DNA from: Octopus vulgaris
Lineage: Eukaryota
Length of the DNA stretch: 64,000 nt
NCBI GenBank assembly: GCA_951406725.2
Contig: OX597818.1
Location: forward strand, 110,608,001-110,672,000
Direction: 5' to 3'
In this document: one piece after another, positions 1-13,640 of the stretch
Layout of the letters: the number at the start of each line of letters is the position of its first letter
Position numbering within the stretch: the stretch's first letter is position 1
Translations under genes and position numbers: made by a program
Notes under the pieces: model-generated
The model's input: only the letters and a program-made list of their open reading frames with translations
Told to the model about the DNA's origin: nothing
Databases searched by the model: none

Positions 1-94
1 AAGACACTTGCCCAAGGTGTCACGCAGTGGAACTGAACCCGGAACCATGTGGTTGGGAAGCAAGCTTCCTTACTACACAGTCGCGCCTGCGCCT
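1..94 (-). mobile_element. tRNA-derived SINE family A, 5' head (runs off window edge)
   Basis: Reverse complement GGCGCAGGCGCGACTGTGTAGTAAG...CCGGGTTCAGTTCC has A/B-box-like motifs and matches the copy at 48954. Confidence 0.8.
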
Positions 95-957
95 ATTTAT
101 GTTGAAATTATTTCTACTTTACATGGATTTTTACAACTAAGGGAAGGAAAATATAGTTGAAGAGGAGAAAGAGAAGGATGGTGGAAGAATAGCTGAAAGA
201 GAAAGAGTAAGAGAAAGTATGGGGGTGGAGATAATACATAAAAAGACAAGGATTGTGTCTTGAACAAGGAAAGAGAATTTGGAAGAAAGTTTTAGGAGGC
301 GATTGTTGCTGTGTTCACCAGCATTGAGTAGACAAATGGGAAACTGAATGCTTGTTATTTAATGATCACACACGGATCGCAAAACGAAAATAAAATAAAT
401 TTTATTTTATTGTATTTTATTTTATTTTATTAATTCTGATTTATGAATTCGTAAATATCATTGAAATAAGATGGGAGGTAATGAAAAGGAAAGGGTAAAT
501 AAGTATTAACATATTTGAAAAATTTCTGCTATCGTCTGCCAAGAAATTGAAAGAAACCAAATCACGTGGTCATCCATGGTTGAGTATGGCTGTGTTGGTT
601 ATTATGTTGCTATGGGTTACCGGTTTTAGGCAAACAAACCATATCTCCTGCTGTGTGAGCTAATTGAAAATAAAATAAAAACAAGTATATGAATAAAATT
701 GATAAAAAAATGTTCTTAACAATGTTATAAACAACGTCCACATATTGGAGATTATCGCTCTTAAACAAACATTATATCAGAACCACCATAAAAACAGAAA
801 AAGAAAACAACTAAAGCATAATTTCAAAATATATTTTAAAAGAAAAGATATGAAGGAAGTCCGTTGAGAGTAAAAGGAAAGAAATAAGATGCCAAAGAAA
901 AAGGAAAAACAATAGCGAAATGAAAATAACGAAAATAGAAGGTGTGGGTGAGATGTT

Positions 958-960
<3 letters not shown>

Positions 961-1007
<47 letters not shown>
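961..1007. repeat. (GA)n microsatellite
   Basis: Pure dinucleotide run. Confidence 0.95.
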
Positions 1008-1009
<2 letters not shown>

Positions 1010-1206
1010 TCGGGGTGTTCAGAAATAGGAGGGAAAGAAAACTGCGGTTAGAGGGAACAGAGCGAATCCAAATATATTTGTGGGAACGGAGGGTTTGGAG
1101 AAGAGTAAATATTGAAGAGCGAAAGCTGAGAAACAGGAAGAGAATTATACGCCTGTGCGCGTGTATGTGTTTGTTTGTGTGTGATTGTGTGTGTATGTAT
1201 ATGTGT

Positions 1207-1565
1207 GGAGGCGCAAAAGCTCAGTGGTTAGGGCAGCGGACTCGCGGTTTCGACTCACACACCGGACGTTGTGAGTGTTTATTGAGTAAAAACACCTAAA
1301 GCCCCACGAGGCTCCGGCAGTGGGTGGAGGCAAACCCTGCAGTTCTCTTTCACCACAATTTTCTCTCCCTCTTTCTTCTTGCTTCTGTTGAATCTGTTTT
1401 TCAAAGGGGCCAGTCTTGTTACAGTCTGTGTCACGCTGAATCTCATCGATAACTACGTCAAGGGTACACGTGTCTGTGGGGTGCACGTTAATTTCACGAG
1501 CAGGCTGTTCCGTTGATCGGATCAAGTGGAACCCTCGTCGTCGTAACCGATGGAGTGCCACGACG
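1207..1565 (+). mobile_element. tRNA-derived SINE family C
   Basis: GGAGGCGCAAAAGCTCAGTGGTTAGGGCAGCGGACTCGCGG-TTTCGACTC head; about 110 bp shared with the copy at 2407. Confidence 0.75.
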
Positions 1566-1567
1566 AT

Positions 1568-1597
1568 GTACGTGTGTATGTGTATGTGTGTTTGTGT

Positions 1598-1638
<41 letters not shown>

Positions 1639-1861
1639 GTGTATGTGTTATTTGTGTGTGAGGGTAGTGTGTGCGTGTTTGTTTGTCTGTGAGTGTGTGT
1701 GTGAGTGTGATTTTGTGGGTGTGCGTGTGTTTGTTTGTTTGTGTGCGTGTATGTGTGTGTATGTGTGTGCGTGAATGTGCGTGTTTATGTGCGTATATAT
1801 GTGTGAGCGTGCATGTGTTTGTGCGTGAGTGTATGTGTGAGTTTGTGTGTGAGTGAGTGTA

Positions 1862-1915
<54 letters not shown>

Positions 1916-1927
1916 TGTGTGTGTGTG
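1568..1927. repeat. Degenerate (TG)n microsatellite
   Basis: TG-rich run; explains the His/Thr and Val/Cys ORFs. Confidence 0.95.
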
Positions 1928-2406
1928 ATGCAGCACGGAATTTTGTCCGTGAGGTCGCTGTCCCAAAGCGACGAAAATATTTTGACACAAATTAAATTTA
2001 AATGTTGAAGTGAATCTAACGGTTTTTGTGTGATCCTTAAATGGCTTATAAACACCTTCCACGCTGCAATTGTTTTTGTTTCAGCACACGACCTCAGATC
2101 AGGTCACATGCTATGCAAGTACATCACCGAAATTTATTATTCTTAAACAAAAATATTATCAGCAGTGACTTGTTACTTTGACGTCAAAGAAAAAGGTTTA
2201 AATCCAACAAAACAAAAAATAACCAAAACCTCTGACATTCCGGTATCTACCAATGAAAAGTGACACACCTAAATAAGCATACCTGCTTGCAAAGTTCTAT
2301 ATAAGTTCTAAACAATAACATAACCCTAAATTTAATCGACAAAAAATTTTCCAAAACACCTCTCCCTAACAACCAACCATAAAAACCTAATTTCCACCCT
2401 ACTTGT

Positions 2407-2700
2407 GGAGGCACATGACCTAGTGGTTAGAGCAGCGGACTCGCGGTCGAGGAATCGTGGGTTCGAATCTCAGACCGGGCGATGTGTGTGTTTATGAGCG
2501 AAACACCTAAGCTCCACGCGGCTCCGGCAGAAGGTAATGGCGAACTTCTGCTGACTCTTTCGCCACGACTTTCTCTCACTCTTTCCTCCTGCATCTCGCA
2601 GCTCACCTGCGACGGACCGGCGTCCCGTCCAGGTGGGCAACCTATAGGCCAGGGAAACCGGGAAACCGGCCCTTATGAGCCAAGCATGGCTCGAGAAGAA
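2407..2700 (+). mobile_element. tRNA-derived SINE family C variant with V-domain-like core
   Basis: A box TGACCTAGTGGTTAG, B box GGTTCGAATCT; CTGCGACGGACCGGCGTCCCGTCCAGG resembles the V-SINE core and recurs near 38065. Confidence 0.75.
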
Positions 2701-2799
2701 ACAAACAAACAAAACTGTCACCCTAATTAAACCCACACACCCAAGGAAGATTGTAACTTAACAGAGATTATATAAAGCCAAGATTAACTTCAATGCATC

Positions 2800-2844
2800 G
2801 CAGTTGGACAATGGCTTAGCTGGCCGAAACTTCGAAGTTACTGT
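2800..2844 (+). ncRNA. Degenerate hammerhead-like remnant
   Basis: gcagt-TGGACAA-tggc..ggcc-GAAA-cttcgaag-TT-actgt: helix I and palindromic helix III present, CUGANGA core mutated. Confidence 0.3.
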
Positions 2845-3302
2845 CAATGATATTCTGGTTTAATAATAAGTTAATATGGATGCAAGAATATTAAACTAAA
2901 TATCCATTTACCTGAGACACGAGTCTTTTGTTGGCGTTTGAGACCATAGGGCTTCCATATTCCTGAAACTGTAACCCACATTTGGCACAGGGTATTTTGC
3001 CCTAGCTTGCCATTGGATCATGTCAGTAAGGTGGAGAGGGTCAATGAGGTCCTGTGTAAAGTACTCCATCCAGTGAGAGATAAATACAATTTAATGTACA
3101 CAGTATAAAGACTCAAGCTAGTTTCTTACTTTGGGGACACGGGTCTGGCAGGCTTTTATAACACACCGTGGTTTCGTGATACCTTTTATGCCGGCGTCTT
3201 GATTTGCAAATAAAATAGACCAAAAAAACTTGTTTAGACACGTGTCTCCTAAGCAAGAAACCCTTAATAGCTCGTAACTTTATACTGCGTACATTAGATG
3301 AT

Positions 3303-3474
3303 ACGTATGTATCTATGTATGTGCCTGTGTGTATGTATGTGCGTGTATGTTTGCATGTATGTATGTTTGTATTATGTATGTATGTATGCGTGTGTATGCA
3401 TGTGTGTATGCATGCGTGTGTATGCATGCGGGTGTATGCATGCGTTTGTATGTATGTATGTTTTTATGTATGTA

Positions 3475-3539
<65 letters not shown>

Positions 3540-3652
3540 AGATCATGATGGGAGGAGAAAAGAGAATAAATTCATAAAAGTAAATGTTTTGCGTATGTAT
3601 GTCTGTTTGTGTAAAGAAAGAATCGGGGCAACAAAGAGAAAGTGAGAGGAAG

Positions 3653-3683
<31 letters not shown>

Positions 3684-3722
3684 GGACAGACAGACAGGCA
3701 CAGAGAGAGAGAGAGAGAGAGA
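3303..3722. repeat. (TATG)n/(TG)n then (GA)n/(GACA)n microsatellites
   Basis: Direct inspection. Confidence 0.9.
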
Positions 3723-3901
3723 TGGAGAACGCAGCTGGAAAGGAGACAAGAAAGAAAAAGAAAGGTTTACAGATTGCAGTTTATTTTTAGTTTCAACCAA
3801 AATATTGAAGATCAAAAAACTTGAAGTGTTTCATATTTTTGCTTCTTTCATTCATATTTCGATAGTAAAACAGAACTCCCTCCCCCCTCTCTCTCTCTCT
3901 C

Positions 3902-3946
<45 letters not shown>

Positions 3947-4274
3947 ATCTCTTCTTTACATTATATTATATCAGTCTTTGAGATAGCTTCAAGTATTGAA
4001 GCCCTATATTTGGATGATGTTTGAGTTCTTTGTTCTTTTGTAGAGATTCCTTCGAATCCGTCAACTGGTTTATGCTGTGATTTCACAGTTACAACCTTTG
4101 CTCCATTTTAGCAAACATTTGTTATGGAATCAACGTGGGAACCTTTACGTATTCTCTCAGTTGCCGTCTTAGAAAAGAAGTCGCCCTTCACGATTGCCTG
4201 TTTGGTCAAGGCTGCCTTCGACCAGACAACACAGACATCCCTGACCACAGTTACAAGCAACACCAGGAATCAGC

Positions 4275-4460
4275 GAATTTGCTGCTATTCGTCACTCAAA
4301 CTGCCGGAAATGGCTGCCAAATCTCCATAAAATTATACGATTTATTGCCTCAAATAAAGACACGCTGGATTATATAACCCATAGTTTTAAAACAGACTGG
4401 ATGGTCACGGTTGCAACGCTTTTGATCAGAAGTCTGCTTTATCAAGGCTGATCAATAACA
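4275..4460 (+). repeat. Dispersed repeat family D (unclassified)
   Basis: GGATGGTCACGG...TTTGATCA...CTGC..ATCAAGGCTGA motif recurs at about 16458-16640 (-), 19955-20150 (+) and 20445-20590 (+). Confidence 0.6.
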
Positions 4461-4499
4461 ATGACAAGAAAAAATACTATTATAAACGAGTCTCTGAGG

Positions 4500-5090
4500 G
4501 AAATTAATAGGAAGTAGTGTAGCGGCATCTAGATAGTTGAATGATCGCCCTTGCAAGGAAGATTATAGAGTAAACTCCCTTTCTAAGTTTCTCGAAGCAT
4601 CTGTGTCATGAGACGTGATTCTTAATTATTCAAAAAGCTTAGCGTTTCTCTTGGAAGTCTCTAGAATGACTGGCGTTCCATTAATAAAAGCAGCTTGCTA
4701 ATCCTTCTCTTCACTTCTTAGTCGATTAGACTTAGAGCCATTCACGTCATCGCTATGTCCGTCTATTTCTCTACGCCACATGACTGAAACCCACCACTTA
4801 GCTGTTATTTCTATATTTCCTACCACTGAACTTTCTTGCATAGATTACTTCATTCAACTAGATTCTACATTGTGATTATGTATCATCATCGACCAGTAAA
4901 TAAAATATATTTTTTTATGTAGTAAATATATAAAATTCTTGAATTTATACTTCATCTCTGTATGAACTCTTGTAATAATACGCAGCCACATCAACACCTT
5001 GTACTGACTATACATATATATAAGCACTAGAGTAGTATACCAGCTGGAAATAGAAACCAAATGTTCATGAAATTTCACCTCACCAACCAT
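4500..5090 (-). pseudogene. Possible highly decayed Penelope-like RT/GIY-YIG remnant
   Basis: Frameshifted fragments KGVYSI..PCK and FINGT..IL resemble the PLE linker and GIY motif. Confidence 0.3.
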
Positions 5091-5408
5091 CTTAAAAGGT
5101 TAGATCGTCACTGAATTATGTAGTCCTAAATACGGAATCACCGATAGAAAGAATGCTAATACGATTCTTTAATTTCTTTGCAGCAACATTTTCTCCAGAC
5201 AACTTGCGGGGGCGAAGTAGAAACAAATTACTTATTCGATAACTATTAATCTCATTTTGAGGTCTGGAAAAATTTTATTACAATATTTACATCAACATTG
5301 TTCCAGTTGGTTTCATTTCCGACCGTTGTCAAGTGTATCACATGACAAGGTTAAAAATGGGAGAATCTATAAATGAAATTTCTGCTTTTGAAAGAGAATG
5401 TCTATCAT

Positions 5409-5945
5409 AGGCACAAGGCCTAAAATTTCGAGGGAGGGGACTAATCGATTACATCGACCCCAGTGCGTAACTGGTACTTATTTCATCGACCCCGAAAGGA
5501 TGAAAGGCAAAGTCGACCTCGGTGGAATTTGAACTCAGAACGTAGCGGCGGATGAAATGCCTATTTCTTTACTACCCACAAGGGGCTAAACACAGAGAGG
5601 ACAAACAAGGACAGACAAACGGATTAAGTCGATTATATCGACCCCAGTGCGTAACTGGTACTTATTTCATCGACCCCGAAAGGATGAAAGGCAAAGTCGA
5701 CCTCGGTGGAATTTGAACTCAGAACGTAGCGGCGGATGAAATGCCTATTTCTTTACTACCCACAAGGGGCTAAACACAGAGGACACAAACAAGGACAGAC
5801 AAACGGATTAAGTCGATTATATCGACCCAAGTGCGTAACTGGTACTTATTTCATCGATCCTGAAAGGATGAAAGGCAAAGTTGATCTCGACGGAATTTGA
5901 ACTCAGAACGTAGCGGCAGACGAAATACCACTAAGCATTTCGCCA
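5409..5945 (-). mobile_element. SINE family B, tandem trimer with 184-bp period
   Basis: ATCGACCC(C/A)AGTGCGTAACTGG starts at 5453, 5637 and 5821; B box GAGTTCAAATTCC on the minus strand. Confidence 0.9.
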
Positions 5946-7059
5946 GATATGATAGCAATTCTTTTCTACAACTTGGCACAAGGCCCGAAATTTTGAGGGA
6001 GGGGGCCAGTCGATTAGATCGAGCTTCAGGAATGATAAATAGTTTACGGCACAAAAGAATTCATCGTTTCAAACTTACTCATAAACTACTCGAAGTTGTT
6101 TATAAGATCGGAAATATAATTTCGAAGTGTTCATAATGTCACGGTCAGGATCTGATCAAAGGCTTTGCAATTAGTTGGAGAAAACTTTCTAAATAAAGTG
6201 GAAGTATTCAAAAATAAACATTATTTACCATTTTACTGTTAGTTTTGTTTCATTTTGGAAAATAATTATTTATTTTATAGTTTATTATAGCTTATATTTT
6301 GAACTAAATGTATTATAGCACTCCAAAATTTGTTAAGTGCTTAATGCTTTTATGGGTCTAAATCTGGCCCTGATAAAATGTGTTTCTTGAACTTTCAGAG
6401 TTGAAAAAATGTTTTTTTCTCTTTGCATGGTAAAAAATAAGAAACAGAAGAAAAAAAAACAATCCTAATGTATGTTTTATTATATTTTTATATTATATTT
6501 ATTATATCTAAATTGGTCTAAGTTACACGGAAAAGAAGTTGTGAATTAAAAAAAAAGGCTTTTTGTCTTTCGTTTTATTTCACATCTAAATATATAGTGT
6601 AGTAATATATTTATGAAATACTTTCTGTTGGTATTTTCTAACAATATATTGGAGCCTTTTAGCTCTCCGAACAACGAAATGTATTGATTTATTATATAGA
6701 TAGCTTCCGATTTATAAAAACGAAAATGATCGTCTGATATTTTTAATATTCTCAACGGTATTGAAACGACTTCAACATCGAATTGAAAACAGGAATCAAC
6801 TTTGAAGTTGGCGCATTCGTCTAAAATAGAATATTAAAATTAAGTGCAATGCTATAGAATGACATAAGCACGAACAGGGTTATATGCGGTTGATGGCACA
6901 AGAGTTATAACGATCGTTACGTTTCATGTCTCTTAATATCAATACAAATTCCCGCCCGGATCGTGTTTGATTTTTATCCTCCTGCGATTGATGAAATAAG
7001 GAATGGTCAACTGAGAGAATCGACAGAAATACCCATTCACACTTGCAAAGTTTGTGTCT

Positions 7060-7310
7060 GTGTGGCGAGAAGTATGCTTCCCAACCACATGGTTCCGGGT
7101 TCAGTCTCAATTCGTCGCATCTTGCGCATGTGTATTCTACTATAGCCTCGAGCAAGCCAAAACCTTGTGAATAGATTTGGTAAATGGAAACTGAAAGAAG
7201 CCCGTTACGGTTGAGAAATTCACTTTGCCACCACGGGTTCCTGGGTTCGATTTCCCAGCGTCGAATATATATATTTTTTACTGTAGCCTCGGGTCAACCC
7301 AAGCTTTCTC
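7060..7310 (+). mobile_element. SINE family A, partial with second fragment
   Basis: TGCTTCCCAACCACATGGTTCCGGGTTCAGTC matches 48954 copy. Confidence 0.7.
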
Positions 7311-7744
7311 AGTCAACTAACGGATATTGTTTTGATTATCCATCGAATAGATTATCCTTGTACTTCAAATGGTTAGTACATGTGTCTTCGGAATACACAA
7401 CCATATTACATGCTAATTCAATGAGTAGGTAATAAACAACTGAATATTCATGGTCGAAATCGATGAAGATCCCTTCATTTTTAACTTTATTATTCCGTGA
7501 GAGCAAATCGCGCCAATATCGACGAGGTGGGTCATGTTGCGAATCAACGTTATTTGTTGATGTTAGGGAATGAAGTTTAATAGAACGGCGGATGGTAAAA
7601 TCAGTTCAGAATTTGGGAATGGTTTGCAACATTAGATGGTCTCTGCCTCATCTGACCTCAGCCTCGTCCTCATCACTTGTGCCATTTATCTGTCGATGAA
7701 ATAGATTCCCGTAAAGCACCGCCTCTCGAATGCATAACCTTTTT

Positions 7745-7940
7745 TCTAAAGGAACAAGGCCTGAAATTTGGGGAAGATGTAAATCAATTACATCAACCCC
7801 ACTATCCAACTGGTACTTATTGTCTCGAGCCTGCAAGTATGAAAGGCAAAGTCGACCTCGGCACAATTTGAATTCAGGGCGTAAAGATGGAAGAGATACT
7901 TCCAAGCATTTTGCTTAGACTCTGCCAATTCGCCGCCGTG
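7745..7940 (-). mobile_element. SINE family B, diverged
   Basis: TGAAAGGCAAAGTCGACCTCGGC core. Confidence 0.7.
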
Positions 7941-8424
7941 GCTCTGAAATACCTATCCTTGAACCGATGATTAGTTATTAACCAAAACATCTCGTGCATG
8001 CTTGTGCATTGAACAGCAGTATTTGTCCAATGTGGTCTTCGGTGTCTCCCTAGTCTGTGTTGATCGATTTCAAATCGTCGCCAAAGATTCGACGCCAGTT
8101 GAACTGGTGTCGTCTGCGTTTTGTTTTGGGCGATTTATTTTTCCTTTCCTTCTGGTGATATTCATCTTAATGTTGTTTTTGAAAACCAATCGCCTGCCTG
8201 CCTATCTCACATATTCTTCTTATTCTTCTTACTTGGTATTCTAAGTTCAATTATATCCTAGAACAACTTTTTTTTCTTTTCTCTACGTTAGTGTAATCGA
8301 TCATATCGATTAGATTTTTTTCCCAAAATATATGGTCTGGTCAATCGCCAATTTCAATCGTCTTTTCAGAGCTCACATTTTGATAACTACGATAGGAACA
8401 TTTCTGTTATTTAGGCTGAATAAT

Positions 8425-8790
8425 GCGGCGAGCTGGCAGAATTGTTGAGTTTAAATTCTGCCGAGGTCGACTTTGCCTTTCATCCTTTCGGTGACCTCTG
8501 GTGGTCAATGTAATCGACCTCCCCCCTCCCCTTAAATGGCTGGTTTGTGCCTAAATTCGAAACTCATATTAAAGAGACTTAAGGTCATCTGGCAGAATCG
8601 TTAGCATGCCGGACAAAATGCTTAGCAGCATTTCGTCCGTCTTTACGTTCTAATTTCAAATTCTGTCAAGGTCGACTCTGCTTCTCATTCTTTTGGGATT
8701 GATAAAAGCAATACCAGTTAAATATTGGGGTCGATGTAATCGGCTTGCTCCCTCCCCCTAAATTGATGTCCTATTCCCAAAATCTTAAAC
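8425..8790 (+). mobile_element. Two adjacent SINE family B copies
   Basis: GCGGCGAGCTGGCAGAA head and GAGGTCGACTTTGCCTTTCATCC core, seen twice. Confidence 0.75.
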
Positions 8791-10299
8791 TAATGTTTCG
8801 GTTAAATAGTGGTGGTGGAGGCTTCCGTACATGTTCGAGTTTCCAATGAGCTGAAAAGAGATACAGTTTATAAAAATTCCTCAGATTTGGCATTGGATTC
8901 ATTTGAACGCTCGTGTCTTTCCCAAGAGTAATATTACCCGCTTAGGAAATTGAAATAATACCGTGGCGTAATATAACATGAGCACCGGAATTGATTTTGC
9001 AAGTGTGTGTGATACAGATCATTAAATTCTCCAGGAAAATAAACACAACTTTCTGACATCGCTACAAAGTTGAGATATTTTATCCGAAGAGTATAGAACC
9101 GAAGTATGTCGAATATATATTCATATATTCTCTAAGAAAATGAAAAGCAAGTCGACGCTGCGAGGATTTGAACCATGAAAGTAAATACATATAATACAAG
9201 TAACTTAATACCGGAAGCTGATTATTCGCCAGTCTATCGATTCTTCTATCCACCGTCGTCAAACTAAATATCTAGCGGAATATCGTTGGCTGTCCAAAAA
9301 TAAATTCAAAATGCAAAACAATGGTAGGTTGAAGCCGTTTGTATAGGAAGCTATGGAAGTATGCGTGCGTATGTGTGTGTGTGAACGCTTGTATATTTTG
9401 CTATGCATTTATAGGCGATCTGTTTGTTTTTTTCCGTCACTTTATTTTTCAAAATTACTTTTTAACGTTGTAAGCAAAATCAAACAATGTATGTGACATA
9501 GTGAAATATTATAAAGTATATGTCTGTGTGTTTATTCGTATCCTCACATAATAGCATTTTTGGGGAACTATATTTTATAGATTTCTTTATTCTTTATCGG
9601 TTGCAGAATTATCCAGTTCGTGTTGGTTAAACACACTCAGCTAAAACTGCTCTTATCTCCTGTTACTGCAATTATATCCGTTGCTGATATTTCTTTTCAT
9701 AAAACATTAGAAAGACAGACACCAACAAAACATTTCTTTTTATATAGCAAAAAAAATTTCACGTCTGCCTACATCACCACAGATTTTGCGGTTTCGCAAA
9801 TGTAGCTTCTTCTTTGGTAATCCTCGTGACTTCGTTTATATAACCTTGGCTTTGATTGTCTTCTTCAAGTACAGAAAAACTATGATGATTAACTGAATCA
9901 ATCGCATAGACATGGAAATTGTTGACACAAACTACCACCAATCAATTTATCTTTTTGAAAGTCATTCGGAAGCAATTTAACAGCGAGACACAGTGACTAG
10001 GAATGGAGTAGACGTTTTTATTATCTTAACTGATCTAAAAAAAAGGCGATAGACTGGCAAAATTGGCAAAGTCTGCAGCAGTTAATGAAGTCTCTGTACG
10101 CTTTGTGTTCTAATCTTGCCAGAATCAACTTGACCGTTCTTCTGAGATAGACGAAAAGTTTTAAATTTAGCTTTATACATAAAAATCCCATCCACCCCCC
10201 TTTTTTAACTGTACAAAATAGCATGAGGTGTATATCAGTAATACGTTCGAGGAAAATTGAATACGTATTTCACCGGTTTCAATATTTATCGTCAACTAA

Positions 10300-10515
10300 A
10301 AGGTGACGAGCTGGCAAAATCGTTACCGCACATGTTTAACATTTCTTCGGTTTTACGTTCTGGGTTCAAATCTCACCGAGGTCTACTTTGCCTTTCATAA
10401 TTTCAAGGTCGATAAAATAAGTCCCAATTAAATTCTGGGGTCGAGGTAATCGACTTAACCCCCTCCCTCTCCCGCGAAATTGCTGGCCTTGTACGAAAAT
10501 TCAAAACAAATATTT
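10300..10515 (+). mobile_element. SINE family B
   Basis: GGTGACGAGCTGGCAAAATCGTT head, GGGTTCAAATC B box, conserved core. Confidence 0.75.
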
Positions 10516-11899
10516 ATTGCCAACTCTTTAATTTCAAATGCGTTTGTAACATTTTCTCGCTCTTTTAACTTTGGCGACATGTTTCTTAAAGAAAGAATCT
10601 TCTTTTCTGTTGCAGCTGTTTTGCAGTTGCTGCTGTTGAAGTCAGTTCGACGCAGTCACAGAACTTGTTGAAATCCCGCTTAAAGCTAAACGTGTCGTCT
10701 GCCATTGCTTCAAATTCCTTCATCTTAAAGCTGACAGCTCGATGCACTGGACTTTTGTCATACAAGCAGTTGAGTCGTCTGTTCGTTTTAATCGTTGCAA
10801 CTAACACCATAAACATTGCTATCCTCCTCCTCATCATCATCATCATCAGCAGCAGCAGCAGCAACAGTATCATCGTCATCATCAATAACAACAGCAACAA
10901 TAACGAGTACAAAATATTCTCGATTGCAGAACCATTACTTCCAACAGCAACAACAGCTGCAACAATATCAACCCGATTACAAATGGCCAAACCCCAGACG
11001 AGTGTACCTTTATATGGCTGCTCGGATTGTTAGAAATAGCAACTTACTCTATCAAATGAAAACGATATATATAGCTTTAACAAAAGTAGAGCATACAGTG
11101 TTGTATGTCATCCTAATGGTCGAGATACGCGCTTTCCACAGAAAAAGCGGAAATGTCAAGACTGGAATGTCTTTGATTATATAACTGTTTGATAAAAGTT
11201 GAACTGGAGGTAAGCAACAACAACAACAACAACACACACTGTCACATCTACTTTTTACGGTTAAGTTGTTGCAAAGCTTCTAACATCATTGATACTACAA
11301 TCACCATTGGAACTACAACACCACTACCGCTACAACAACAAGAACAACAACACCACCAATAACAACAACAGCAGTTATTATTGTTGTTGTTGTTGTTATT
11401 CACTGAGTGAAGTAACTGGAATGCTGCTTGCTATAGAAAGTCAACAACATTTGAAACGTCGATGTACTAAACAGAGTGACCTCCCAAACTAAGTTTGACC
11501 TGATCTCTTTCCTATTCCATCTGTTATGACATTCTCTGTCATGGTTACAAGAGGAGTGAAGCGCTCTTTTTCTTCTTCTCCTTCTTTGTTTTTGCTTCGT
11601 CCATCTCATTCGTGTCCATAGTAACAACCATAATTCCACTACACAGAGGGGGAAGAAGGAAAATAAAAAGTGAAGGAAGGAGTACGAAATATTCTGCAAG
11701 CGATCTCCTTTGATCGTTCTTCTAATCAATACTTTGATTCAACTCGTGTGATTGGCTAAAATAAAAACCTCTCAGACAAGTTCAACTGAGTCACCTCCTC
11801 TTTCCACCCATTTTTATTCTCTTCTTTCCTTCTCTCTGTCTTTCATTCTTACTTACCTTTGTTTATTTTATTCTTTATCTTTTTATATTTCACTTGTTT

Positions 11900-12307
11900 C
11901 TTTCATTACACTGCGGCCATACTGGGGCACCACCTCTAAAAATTTTTAGTCGAACGGATCAACCCCAGTAATTAGTTTTTTTTTGCGGTTGTTAAAGGTT
12001 GGTACTTATTCTATTGGTCTTTTGCAGGGGACGTTACCGCACCAACACCGGTTGTCAAGCGGTAGTGCAGTACAAACGTACACACACACACACATACACA
12101 CACATACAACATACACACACACACACATACACACGACGGTCTTCTTTCAGTTTCTGTCAACCAAATCCACTCACAAGACTTTGGTCGGCCCGTGGATATA
12201 GTAGATATAGTAGAAGACACTTGGCCATGGTGCCACGCAGTTGGATTGAACCGAGAACCATGTGGTTAGGAAACACACTTCTTACCACACAGCCACGTCT
12301 ACGCCTT
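11900..12307 (-). mobile_element. SINE family A, near full length, with internal (CA)n
   Basis: Reverse complement aligns by eye to 48954-49345. Confidence 0.8.
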
Positions 12308-13160
12308 TATTTACTATTTTCGTTCGTTTATCCTTCTCTCTTGATTTCATTCTTGACTTCTTCCGTCATTTATTTATATCATATTTATTCTTTTCATTTT
12401 TTCTTTACTTATTTTCTTCGCAATTTCTTGTTTTCGTGTAGTTTTTATTTAATTTTTATTTCTTCATTCATCCAATTTTATTCCCTCTTTCATCATTTTT
12501 TCATTCGTTCATTTTTTTACTACTTCCTTTCTTCTATTTGACTTTCATTCTTAGTTTCACTCAGTTTTTCTACTTTTCTTTCTTCCATCCTTTATTTCAC
12601 TGATCATTCTTTCATAATTTTTCTTTCTTTCATTCTTTCTAACCTTTGTTCTTCTGTTTATTTTATTTCTTCCTTTCATTCTTTCTTTACATCGTTCTTT
12701 CTTTCTTTCGTTCATTTAATTTTCCTTCTGTTCCTTTAATCTTTCACTAATTCTTTCTTTCTATCCTTCATCATTTTCACTTTCAGTCATTCGTTATTTG
12801 ATTTATCGTTTTCATTCGTCCATTTTCTTTCCAATTCTTTATTTATTTATTGTTTTCGTTGGTTCATTCATATCTACTTTTCTTTTTTACTTCCCTCTTT
12901 TCTTTCATCTTGTCATTCATTCATTCATTTCCAACAGTATTTTATTTATTTATTTCATTATTTACATCCTTCTTTTTAATATCATTCTTTCTTTTTCTCT
13001 ATATTTCTTCTTTTTATCTCTTTCATTTTCCTTAATTTCCTTCAGTCATAAATACTTTCTATTTCTTTCTCTTTGTTTATTCACTTTGTTTCATTCCCTA
13101 TTTTCATATTATTTCTTCAAATTTCTCTATCTTTTTCTTTCATCCTTCTTCATATCTCAC

Positions 13161-13213
<53 letters not shown>

Positions 13214-13640
13214 ATCTATCTATCTATCTTAACTGTCTCTCTATCCTTTTCTCTCTTTCTATCCCTATTTCTCTACACCATTCTCTCTCTATATATATAT
13301 ATCTCCCTCTCTCTCTCTTTCTCTCTCATACTCTGTCCTTAATTCTTTCATTTTATTTCTCTTTCGTTGTTCTCTTTCTGTCTTTCTTTAAATTTATCCC
13401 TTTTTCTGTTCCCCTCTCTCTCTCTCTCTCCCCTAACGCACACACACACACACTTGCTTCGTTAGCCCTCACGTTGAAAGAATGTCCAGAACATTCAAAG
13501 AAACGTTATGCGCGAAAGTATTTCAGAATGCAGTATCGATGGGATTTTTGTTTTTTATTTGGCCAGCTCTTTGAAGTTTCCTTTTTCTCAGGCAAGACAT
13601 AAGAAGAAACGGTTATAGTTCAGAATTCAAGGCTTTACAG

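Noticed and set aside
1145-2062. 305-aa His/Thr-rich ORF and similar HT/VC/YI ORFs across the window
   Set aside because: Microsatellite and antisense SINE translations.
2407-2478. tRNA gene
   Set aside because: No proper acceptor stem; continues into a SINE body shared with 1207.
5445-5930. CRISPR-like regular repeat
   Set aside because: Spacers are not unique, the unit is a SINE body, and there are no cas genes.
12310-13430. Hydrophobic F/L/S-rich ORFs resembling membrane proteins
   Set aside because: Low-complexity T/C-rich DNA.
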